The position numbers were made by a program, and so were the translations under genes. The notes under the pieces were generated by a model that saw only the letters and a list, made by a program, of their open reading frames with translations, searched no databases and was not told where the DNA came from. From the IMG/VR virus record IMGVR_UViG_3300038321_000170, positions 1-29,574 of that record: a stretch of 29,574 bases of DNA, one strand, 5' to 3'. This stretch comes from a virus (lineage: Duplodnaviria > Caudoviricetes). Every line of letters starts with the position of its first letter. Within the stretch, counting starts at the first letter, position 1. Of the stretch, positions 1 to 8,136 are shown piece after piece.

Positions 1-105
1 TGTGCACATTTTCTCATGGAACATTTTATAAAGAGGGGGTAAAATTATGAATAAACTAAAAATAGAATATATAAATGATGTGTCATACAATAAGGAGGTG
101 ATGCA

Positions 106-465
106 GTGGTAGATAAGTACATCAAGGAAATTAAAATGAAAATGAGAGCAGTAGGCACTTATAACATTAGCTTTAGCTACACTATTGAAGTATTAGCGAA
201 GGTGTTAGTTGACTATCAAACCACTGTAGAAACCTTTGAGAAAACAGGTGGCAATATTGTCGTTAAGCACACCAATAAAAATGGGGCTACCAATATAGTA
301 AAAAATCCACTGTATTTAGCCCTTGAAAAACTAAGGGACGATATAATCTCATACTCCAGAGAACTAGGCTTAACGCCAGCAGGTCTAAAAAGGATAAATC
401 AAGATGGTAACAAATCGCAGGAAAAATCAAACCTTGAAATGATACTAAATGAATTAAAAGATTAA
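106..465 (+). CDS. Terminase small subunit, P27-like family
   Basis: C-terminal motif VKNPLY...YSRELGLTPAGLKRI typical of P27-family TerS; SD AAGGAGGTG upstream of the GTG start. Confidence 0.8.
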   Translation: MVDKYIKEIKMKMRAVGTYNISFSYTIEVLAKVLVDYQTTVETFEKTGGNIVVKHTNKNGATNIVKNPLYLALEKLRDDIISYSRELGLTPAGLKRINQDGNKSQEKSNLEMILNELKD

Positions 466-486
466 CACACCTGAAAGGAGGATAAC

Positions 487-1707
487 ATGCAAGGTATAGA
501 ATATTTAAGAAAAAAGCTCCAAAGATACAGACGAGGAGCATTAAGTAGGCAATTAAGATATGACATGAAAAATACCGAAATAGAACCAAGCATAGCAATC
601 CCACCAGCATTAAGAATGCAGTACCGAGCCACTCTAGGTTGGTGTGCAAAGGCAGTTGATAGTATAGCAGATAGATTAGTCTTTAGAGAGTTTGCAAATG
701 ACAACTTTAATATAAATGAAATTTTCCGGATGAATAGTTCTGATGTTTTATTTGATGATGCCATGTTATCGGCTTTAGTAAATTCATGTAGCTTTGTATA
801 TATCAGCGAAGGTGAAGAAGATATCCCAAGATTGCAAGTCATCCAAGGGAGTGAAGCAACTGGAATATTAGACCCAATAACAAGATTGCTAACAGAAGGC
901 TATACAGTCTTATCAAGGGATGATTATGGCAATCCAATAGAGGAATTATACTTTATAGCAGGTAGAACTGATTATTATGTAGATGGTAAATTGGCAACTT
1001 ATACAGAAAATAACGCACCTTACCCATTACTAGTTCCAATTATTCACAAGCCAGATTCAAGCCGACAATTTGGAAGGTCACGAATAACCAAATCAGCTAT
1101 ATATTGGCAGAGATACGCAAAGCGAACATTAGAAAGAGCAGATGTAGCATCAGAATTTTATTCATTCCCTCAAAAGTATGTAGTAGGGTTAAGCCAAGAC
1201 GCTGAACCAATGGATGCATGGAAAGCAACTATATCGGCCATGCTCCAGTTCACAAAGGATGAAAATGGCGATTCTCCAAAGCTGGGGCAATTCCAGCAAC
1301 AGTCAATGGCTCCGTTTACCGAGCAACTAAAGAATGCTGCAAGTGGGTTTGCTGGGGAAACAGGCTTGACACTAGATGACTTAGGATTTTATACAGACAA
1401 TCCATCAAGTGCCGAAGCGATCAAGGCGAGCCACGAAGCATTGAGGCTAGCAGCAGAAAAGGCCCAAAGAGACTTTGGATTAGGGTTTTTAAATGTTGGA
1501 TATTTAGCATCTTGTTTGCGAGATGACTACCCGTACAAAAGAAATCAATTATACCTAACAAAGGCAAAATGGCAACCAGTATTCAAGCCAGATGCTTCTA
1601 CAATTTCACTTGTTGGTGATGGAATTATAAAGGTAAATCAAAGTGTACCTGGTTACTTTGGTAAAGAAAACTTACATGATATCACAGGAATAGAAGGTGA
1701 AGAATAA
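487..1707 (+). CDS. Portal protein (SPP1 Gp6-like, r1t type)
   Basis: 406 aa; GWCAKAVDSIADRL, FGRSRI, EFYSFPQKY and NPSSAEAI motifs; position in head module; SD GAAAGGAGG. Confidence 0.9.
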   Translation: MQGIEYLRKKLQRYRRGALSRQLRYDMKNTEIEPSIAIPPALRMQYRATLGWCAKAVDSIADRLVFREFANDNFNINEIFRMNSSDVLFDDAMLSALVNSCSFVYISEGEEDIPRLQVIQGSEATGILDPITRLLTEGYTVLSRDDYGNPIEELYFIAGRTDYYVDGKLATYTENNAPYPLLVPIIHKPDSSRQFGRSRITKSAIYWQRYAKRTLERADVASEFYSFPQKYVVGLSQDAEPMDAWKATISAMLQFTKDENGDSPKLGQFQQQSMAPFTEQLKNAASGFAGETGLTLDDLGFYTDNPSSAEAIKASHEALRLAAEKAQRDFGLGFLNVGYLASCLRDDYPYKRNQLYLTKAKWQPVFKPDASTISLVGDGIIKVNQSVPGYFGKENLHDITGIEGEE

Positions 1708-2390
1708 TGATTGATATAGCACCTAAACTATTAGCAAAGTTGAAAAAGTCATTTAATGAAAAGTACAATAAGAATAAAAAGGTAGAGAAAATACTATCTA
1801 CAATAAAAGACGGAAAGCCGACTTATTCCGAGGTAAATGATTTATCAATTGAGGTTGGGGATATTCTAGCAGAAGTATTTCAAGGAAACCTATCCCAAGA
1901 TATGCTACCCGATGGAAGAATGTATTATAATATTGCAAAACGAACAGTAGAGCCAATGATGGTTAATAATTATAATATTGTCTCGGACAATGCAGTGATG
2001 GTTCAAGAAATCCTAAACAAGCAAGCGGGTATGAGAATTAAAGCACAAGTTCCAGATTTAAATCAAAGTAGAATAGATGGAATAATTAATAGGTTAGATG
2101 AAGCAGAATCATTTGACGATATCAAGTGGATATTAGACGAACCAGTTAGAAACTTTACACAAGCAGTAGCCGATGATGCAGTAAAAAAGAATACAAAATT
2201 CCATAAAGGGTTAGGACTAGTACCAAGTGTTACACGAATAGTAAAAGGAGATTGCTGTGATTGGTGTAGGGAAGTAGCAGGTACTTATTATTCCCCAGAT
2301 ATTCCTGATGACGTCTACAGAAGGCATAGGTATTGTAGATGTACAGTAGAGTATGACCCCGGCGGTGGAAAAAAGAAAAGAATTGGATAA
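1707..2390 (+). CDS. Minor capsid/head morphogenesis protein
   Basis: Coupled to portal (TAATG); CCDWC...RRHRYCRC Cys/His motif typical of this family. Confidence 0.75.
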   Translation: MIDIAPKLLAKLKKSFNEKYNKNKKVEKILSTIKDGKPTYSEVNDLSIEVGDILAEVFQGNLSQDMLPDGRMYYNIAKRTVEPMMVNNYNIVSDNAVMVQEILNKQAGMRIKAQVPDLNQSRIDGIINRLDEAESFDDIKWILDEPVRNFTQAVADDAVKKNTKFHKGLGLVPSVTRIVKGDCCDWCREVAGTYYSPDIPDDVYRRHRYCRCTVEYDPGGGKKKRIG

Positions 2391-2434
2391 AATAACTTAT
2401 TCCCTAGCTAGGAAAAGGCGAAAGGAATGACGAT

Positions 2435-3826
2435 ATGACTAAAAGAATAGGCTCACAAGAACCTACACAATCATTAATATTACCATTTAAAAAAACATTA
2501 GGGAATAAAGCCATTAAACTATATTCATTTACAGGTAACACAGTTATAGAATGGCAAGAAAATCTATTAAACCCTATAATGGCAATAGACGAGGATGGTT
2601 TATGGGTACATACTAAATTCGGTTATTCGTTACCCCGTAGAAATGGGAAAAATGAAGTTTTAGCTCAAAGGGAATTGTGGGGATTGGTAAGCGGCGAGAA
2701 AATACTTCATACGGCGCACAGGACTACTACAAGCCATATGGCATGGGACAGATTATGCAGGTTGTTAGATAAGGCAAAAATTGAATATCAATCCATAAAA
2801 GCCACAGGGGTAGAAAATATAAGGCTTGAGACTGGCGGGAGGATAGACTTTAGAACAAGGTCATCTAAGGGTGGTTTGGGGGAAGGGTTTGACCTACTTA
2901 TAATTGATGAAGCCCAAGAATACACCGATGATGAAAATTCTGCATTGAAATATGTCGTATCCGACAGCTCTAACCCTCAGACGATTTTTTGCGGAACACC
3001 GCCAACACCGCTATCATCAGGTACGGTATTTACCAATCTTAGAAAAACCGCCTTGAACGGTTATGCACTCAATACAGGATGGGCTGAATGGAGTGTTGAA
3101 GAAGAAGCCAAGGACATACGAGACAAAGAACTATGGTATGCAACCAATCCATCATTAGGCTTTCATTTGACCGAAAGAAAGATAATGGATGAAGTTGGCG
3201 ATGATATTATCGACTTCAACATCCAAAGATTAGGCTTATGGATTCGTTACAACCAAAAGTCAGCTATATCAGAAAACGAATGGAACGAATTAAAAGTTGA
3301 TATGCTTCCAAAATTAAAAGGAAAATTATTCGTAGGTATTAAATATGGACATGATGGTACAAATGTAGCAATGAGTATCGCAGTAAAAACCGTAGATGGT
3401 AATATATTTGTTGAAGTGATAGATTGTCAAAGTGTAAGGCAAGGTAATGACTGGGTAATAGCATTTTTAAAACAAGCAGATATTCAAGAGGTTGTAATAG
3501 ATGGTGCAAGTGGACAAAACATTTTAGCGAATGAAATGAAAGATGCTAGAATTAAAAAACCTATACTACCTACAGTAAAGGAAATCATAGTTGCAAACTC
3601 CACCTTTGAACAGGGATTATTCCAACAAACCTTAAAACATAGAGGACAGCCTTCATTATCTCAAGTGGTTACAAATTGCGATAAAAGAAATATAGGAAGT
3701 AGTGGTGGATTTGGTTATCGTTCACAGATAGAAGAAAATGATATTGCACTTATGGACAGTATAATATTAGCTTTTTGGGCAGCCTCTAGCAGTAAACCAG
3801 TTAAGAAACAAAAGATTAGTTATTAG
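2435..3826 (+). CDS. Terminase large subunit
   Basis: Walker A LPRRNGKN, Walker B LLIIDEAQ, GTPP coupling motif, WYATNPSLG. Confidence 0.93.
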   Translation: MTKRIGSQEPTQSLILPFKKTLGNKAIKLYSFTGNTVIEWQENLLNPIMAIDEDGLWVHTKFGYSLPRRNGKNEVLAQRELWGLVSGEKILHTAHRTTTSHMAWDRLCRLLDKAKIEYQSIKATGVENIRLETGGRIDFRTRSSKGGLGEGFDLLIIDEAQEYTDDENSALKYVVSDSSNPQTIFCGTPPTPLSSGTVFTNLRKTALNGYALNTGWAEWSVEEEAKDIRDKELWYATNPSLGFHLTERKIMDEVGDDIIDFNIQRLGLWIRYNQKSAISENEWNELKVDMLPKLKGKLFVGIKYGHDGTNVAMSIAVKTVDGNIFVEVIDCQSVRQGNDWVIAFLKQADIQEVVIDGASGQNILANEMKDARIKKPILPTVKEIIVANSTFEQGLFQQTLKHRGQPSLSQVVTNCDKRNIGSSGGFGYRSQIEENDIALMDSIILAFWAASSSKPVKKQKISY

Positions 3827-3846
3827 CACTCGAAAGGGTGCTTTTA
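3825..3846 (+). terminator. Hairpin plus short U tract after terL
   Basis: AGCACTC-GAAA-GGGTGCT followed by TTT. Confidence 0.55.
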
Positions 3847-4019
3847 TGTTATAGCACATATCCTTAAAGGAATAATTTAAGGAGGTGATCCTATATCCCG
3901 TTGGTAGCATACGTTAGCTACTATTTTTCATGCAATAAATTCGCCTAGGGATGGCGTTAAAAGCTACCTAGCCCATCGGTGTCGTAGCACCGTAAACAAA
4001 TCGAAAAAGGAGAATGAGT

Positions 4020-4469
4020 ATGAATAGAGAGTTTTTAGAAAAATTAGGACTTGAAAAAGAAGTAATTGACAGCATTATGAAGGAACATGGAAAAACAATT
4101 CAATCAGTTAAGCCTGAGGACTATGACGATATAAAAGCAGAAAACAAAACCTTGAAAGATACAGTTGCTGACCTACAAAAATCAATGAAAGATTTTGAAG
4201 GATATGAGGATAAGCTAACTGAAAAAGACAATCTTATCAAGGAATACGAAACTAAAAACCTTAAATATCGCATAGCAAATGAAAATGGAATTCCACTAGA
4301 GCTTGCAAGCAAATTAACAGGCGAAACAGAAGAAGATTTAAAGAAAGACGCTGAAACTTTATCATCATTTATAACTAAGAAACAAACTTTACCATTAAGA
4401 ACCACAGAACCAAAAGCAGACGACGACACAGCACCCTATAAGGAGATGCTGGACAATTTAAAATTATAA
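4020..4469 (+). CDS. Capsid scaffolding protein (Phage_GP20-like N-terminus)
   Basis: MNREFLEKLGLEKEVIDSIMKEHGK start, coiled-coil, directly upstream of MCP; ATG 4020 fits SD AAGGAG spacing better than 4014. Confidence 0.8.
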   Translation: MNREFLEKLGLEKEVIDSIMKEHGKTIQSVKPEDYDDIKAENKTLKDTVADLQKSMKDFEGYEDKLTEKDNLIKEYETKNLKYRIANENGIPLELASKLTGETEEDLKKDAETLSSFITKKQTLPLRTTEPKADDDTAPYKEMLDNLKL

Positions 4470-4484
4470 AGGAGAAAAAACATT

Positions 4485-5384
4485 ATGGCAGCATTAGAAA
4501 AAGGAACATTATTTGACCCAAAATTAGTAACAGATTTAGTTAACAAAGTAAAGGGAGAAAGTTCACTAGCAACCTTGTCCAGACAAACACCAATCCCATT
4601 CAATGGGCAAAAAGAATTTGTATTCACTATGGATAATGAAATTGATGTAGTAGCAGAATCAGGAAAGAAATCTCATGGTGGAGTAACATTAACACCACAG
4701 ACAATCGTACCAATTAAAGTAGAATATGGTGCTAGAGTATCAGACGAATTTATATACGCATCCGAAGAAGAAAAAATATCTATATTAAAGGCATTTAACG
4801 ATGGATTTGCTAAAAAGGTAGCTAGAGGTCTCGACCTTATGGCTATGCATGGTGTAAATCCAAGAACTGGAACTGCATCAGCGGTAATCGGGACTAATCA
4901 TTTTGATTCAAAAGTTACTCAGGCGGTAGAATCAGCTCTTGGTATGGCTACCGCAAATGCAAATGTAGAAGCAGCGATCGCATTAGTAACTGGTTCAGAC
5001 GGAGACATTACTGGAATGGCTATTTCTCCATCATTCCGTTCAGCACTAGCAGGGATCACAAAGACAGACGGAAATCCAATGTTCCCAGAATTAGCATGGG
5101 GAAATCAGCCTTCAACTATTAACGGACTTGCAGTCAATGTTAATAAAACAGTATCAGACATGTCAACTTTAAGAGACCGTGTAATCGTGGGAGACTTCGC
5201 AAATTCCTTTAAATGGGGATATGCGAAACAAATTCCTTTAGAAGTTATCCAATTTGGTGACCCTGACAATTCAGGTCTTGACCTTAAAGGTTATAACCAA
5301 GTCTACCTAAGGGCAGAAGTTTACTTAGGTTGGGGAATTATGGACCCTGAAAGCTTTGCTAGAATCACAGAAGCTACAGCGTAG
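4485..5384 (+). CDS. Major capsid protein (HK97 fold)
   Basis: 299 aa after scaffold; VIVGDF...NQVYLRAEVYLGWGIMDPESFARI C-terminal pattern. Confidence 0.92.
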   Translation: MAALEKGTLFDPKLVTDLVNKVKGESSLATLSRQTPIPFNGQKEFVFTMDNEIDVVAESGKKSHGGVTLTPQTIVPIKVEYGARVSDEFIYASEEEKISILKAFNDGFAKKVARGLDLMAMHGVNPRTGTASAVIGTNHFDSKVTQAVESALGMATANANVEAAIALVTGSDGDITGMAISPSFRSALAGITKTDGNPMFPELAWGNQPSTINGLAVNVNKTVSDMSTLRDRVIVGDFANSFKWGYAKQIPLEVIQFGDPDNSGLDLKGYNQVYLRAEVYLGWGIMDPESFARITEATA

Positions 5385-5394
5385 GAGGTTTAAA

Positions 5395-5529
5395 ATTAGA
5401 TATAAAAATACCAAGACGGGGGCTGTCATTGACAGTCCTTGTGTTATTAAAGGCGAAAATTGGATTGAAGAAATTGAAAAAGTTAAAAAGCCAGTAAAGG
5501 CAACAACAAAATCTAAAGCAAAGGGGTAG
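5395..5529 (+). CDS. Small post-capsid protein (44 aa), probable ATT start; not in ORF track
   Basis: GGAGG at 5384-5388, 6 nt before ATT; reads (M)RYKNTKTGAVIDSPCVIKGENWIEEIEKVKKPVKATTKSKAKG and fills the gap exactly. Confidence 0.6.
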   Translation: MRYKNTKTGAVIDSPCVIKGENWIEEIEKVKKPVKATTKSKAKG

Positions 5530-5534
5530 ATTAA

Positions 5535-5921
5535 ATGGACTTTGCTACTATTCAAGATGTTACAGACTTATGGAGGCCACTTAAAAACGATGAAATTATT
5601 AGGGCGGAATCTTTGCTTGAAGTGGTTTCAGATTCGTTGCGAGTCGAGGCTACTAAAGTTGGTAAGGATTTAGACAAGATGGTTGCAGATAGTCCAACCT
5701 ACGCTACCGTTGTTAAGTCGGTAACGGTTGATATTGTTGCAAGAACATTGCTTACGTCGACTGAAAACGAACCAATGACACAAACAAGTGAATCTGCTTT
5801 AGGGTATTCCTGGTCTGGCTCTTATCTTGTACCAGGTGGTGGATTATTCATCAAGAACAGCGAATTAAGTCGTTTAGGGCTACGGAAACAGAGATACGGG
5901 GTGATTGACTTTTATGGCTAA
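5535..5921 (+). CDS. Head-tail connector (Gp19/Gp15/Gp42-like)
   Basis: FATIQDV...LWRPL start, SESALGYSWSGSY...GGLFIKNSELSRLGL; position after capsid. Confidence 0.85.
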   Translation: MDFATIQDVTDLWRPLKNDEIIRAESLLEVVSDSLRVEATKVGKDLDKMVADSPTYATVVKSVTVDIVARTLLTSTENEPMTQTSESALGYSWSGSYLVPGGGLFIKNSELSRLGLRKQRYGVIDFYG

Positions 5922-6252
5922 AATTAAAGGAATTACAGTTACCTTAATTAATAAAATTGAAACAGGAAAGGACCCATTCGGAAAGCCAATCTATGAAGAT
6001 TCGGAGATCCTAGTTGACAATGTGCTAGTTAGTCCAACATCTAGCGATGATATTGTAAATCAACTTAATTTAACGGGCAAAAAGGCAGTATATACGCTTG
6101 CAATACCGAAGGGGGATACCCACGACTGGAGGGATCGACGAGTTGATTTTTTTGGCCAGTCTTTTAAAACTTTTGGGGAACCGCTCCAGGGGATTGAATC
6201 CAATATCCCGCTGGATTGGAATATGAAGGTGAAGGTTGAAAAATATGATTGA
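5914..6252 (+). CDS. Head-closure protein
   Basis: GKDPFGKPIY, YTLAIPKGDTHDW motifs; synteny; ATG 5914 preferred. Confidence 0.7.
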   Translation: MAKIKGITVTLINKIETGKDPFGKPIYEDSEILVDNVLVSPTSSDDIVNQLNLTGKKAVYTLAIPKGDTHDWRDRRVDFFGQSFKTFGEPLQGIESNIPLDWNMKVKVEKYD

Positions 6253-6586
6253 AAAAATCGTATTGGATTATTTAAATGAAGCGCTGGATGTGCCATGTTA
6301 CATGGAGTATCCAGAAGAGAAGATTCTACCCTTTGTGGTAATTGAAAAAACCGGGTCAGGGGAATCCAATCATATAAAAAACGCAACATTTGCGCTTCAA
6401 AGTGTTGCCGAATCGTTGTATGCAGCGGCGGAATTGAATGGCGACGTAAAAGCAGCGATGGATGCCATAATTATACGGCCAGACATCAGTGCATCTAAAT
6501 TAAACGGCGACTATAATTTTACCGATGCGGCGACGAAGCAATACCGCTATCAGGCAATTTATGACCTGTATTATTGCAATGGTTAA
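6245..6586 (+). CDS. Tail terminator/completion protein
   Basis: MIEKIVLDYL...FVVIEKTGS...YNFTD..TKQYRYQAIYDL pattern. Confidence 0.7.
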   Translation: MIEKIVLDYLNEALDVPCYMEYPEEKILPFVVIEKTGSGESNHIKNATFALQSVAESLYAAAELNGDVKAAMDAIIIRPDISASKLNGDYNFTDAATKQYRYQAIYDLYYCNG

Positions 6587-6601
6587 AAAAGGGGAACACA
6601 A

Positions 6602-6859
6602 ATGAGTGTTATTAAAATAAGAATGAATTCCGCGGGGGCCAGAACAATTTTAAACAGTAGAGGAGTACAGCAGGACCTTTTGCGCAGGGCTGAACGTATA
6701 AAAGAAAAGGCCAATGGCATGGGGAAAGGGGTTTATGCAGCGGATGTAAAGGAAGGGAAAGTCCGGGCACATGCGATGGTTAAAACAACGGATGCCCATT
6801 CGATGGAATCGAATAAAAAACATAATTCGCTGCTGAAAAGTTTAAATGCTGGCAAATAA
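6602..6859 (+). CDS. Neck/tail-completion protein (HK97 gp10-like)
   Basis: Basic 85 aa, NSAGARTILNS...RAHAMV...NKKHNSLLKSL pattern. Confidence 0.6.
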   Translation: MSVIKIRMNSAGARTILNSRGVQQDLLRRAERIKEKANGMGKGVYAADVKEGKVRAHAMVKTTDAHSMESNKKHNSLLKSLNAGK

Positions 6860-6882
6860 GCCAGCGATTGGAGGAATAAACA

Positions 6883-7446
6883 ATGAGCAATAACTCAACA
6901 ACCAATGTATCTGCCGGCAAACCAAAGGTCGGTGGAGCGATTTTTGTGGCACCGTCGACAGAGACACTACCAACCGATGCGACGACAGCGTTACCTGAAA
7001 GTTTTGTCTGCGTTGGCTATATATCGGACGATGGTGTCAACAATAAAATTGAAATGAAAACCAGCGATATCCAGGCTTGGGGCGGGGATACGGTTTTAAG
7101 TGCACAGGAATCCCGGACGGAGACTTACGAGTTCACGATGATTGAGACCAATGAAGCATCGCTAAAGCAGGCATTTGGAGAGGAGAATGTAACGGTAGAT
7201 GGTGTAACAAAAGTAACTACTGTTAAGCATAATGGCCTTGAACGAAAAGCCTATGTTTATGTCGTGGAAATGATCATGACTGGAAACCGGGTGAAACGGA
7301 CGGTGATCCCCAATGGGAAAGTAACGGATATCGGCGAGATCAAATATGTGGATAAAGAGCCGATTGGTTACGATACGACGATTACGGCGCTGCCGGACGC
7401 AAGTGGCAATACAGCTTATGATTACATTGCAAGTACTGGAGCTTAA
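6883..7446 (+). CDS. Major tail protein
   Basis: NVSAGKPKVGGAIF.AP, GYISDDG, AWGGDTV motifs of r1t/TM4-like tail tube proteins; SD GGAGG. Confidence 0.9.
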   Translation: MSNNSTTNVSAGKPKVGGAIFVAPSTETLPTDATTALPESFVCVGYISDDGVNNKIEMKTSDIQAWGGDTVLSAQESRTETYEFTMIETNEASLKQAFGEENVTVDGVTKVTTVKHNGLERKAYVYVVEMIMTGNRVKRTVIPNGKVTDIGEIKYVDKEPIGYDTTITALPDASGNTAYDYIASTGA

Positions 7447-7450
7447 AAAG

Positions 7451-7729
7451 ATGGAAACAGAAGATAGAACAAGCATTCAAACCGTCGTGGTTGACGGGGT
7501 CCGCGTGACCCTGGACCCGGCGGTTTTTGACGATATGGACATTTTAGAAACCATTGTTGACATTGAAGACGGCAATGGGGCCCGGATTGTTACCCTGATG
7601 CGGCGGATTTTTGGAGACGATTATACTCGGATTAAAAGCGAACTTAAGGGGAACAAAGAGGTATTGACAGTTACAGCGATGGCCGAATGGGTTGAAAAAA
7701 TGATGGAGGAATTAGGCCAAAAAAACTGA
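7451..7729 (+). CDS. Tail assembly chaperone (gpG-like)
   Basis: Between MTP and TMP; start reassigned to ATG 7451; ends in slippery A AAA AAC. Confidence 0.8.
   Translation: METEDRTSIQTVVVDGVRVTLDPAVFDDMDILETIVDIEDGNGARIVTLMRRIFGDDYTRIKSELKGNKEVLTVTAMAEWVEKMMEELGQKN
7720..7726 (+). other. -1 programmed ribosomal frameshift site
   Basis: X XXY YYZ heptamer A AAA AAC immediately before TGA; next ORF is in the -1 frame and open across the site. Confidence 0.8.
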
Positions 7730-8136
7730 TGGTGCTCGCGGTGTTCAGGGCCCGGTATAGGGCGGAGCTGCGGGCGGATTTTAGGGCTTATTATAATGTG
7801 AGTGCGGACCAAATCGGCACGTCCATCAGCGTGAGCGAGGCAATGGATCTGGCAGCGCAACTGCCAGCCGGGTCCCGGTGTATGACCGCGACAAATCCCG
7901 CCAATAAGTGGGACGTTAAGGATATTCTTTTGAATAATGTTTCGAACACTGTAAGTTTGTTGGCGTGGGCATTAACAAGTACCGGCAAAACAGAGTGCCC
8001 TAAACCCTTTGTTTTACCGGGCATGGATGAGGCTCAAAAATCCGGGGCCAGTAAAACCCGGAGAAGTCCATCTTATACAGTAAAGGAATGCCAGAAAATT
8101 TTGAGTCAACCCAGAAAGGAGGCTTCTTATGGCTGA
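7729..8136 (+). CDS. Tail assembly chaperone gpT part (G-T fusion)
   Basis: -1 frame relative to gpG; ELRADFRAYY...LAAQLPAGSR pattern; precedes TMP. Confidence 0.75.
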   Translation: MVLAVFRARYRAELRADFRAYYNVSADQIGTSISVSEAMDLAAQLPAGSRCMTATNPANKWDVKDILLNNVSNTVSLLAWALTSTGKTECPKPFVLPGMDEAQKSGASKTRRSPSYTVKECQKILSQPRKEASYG

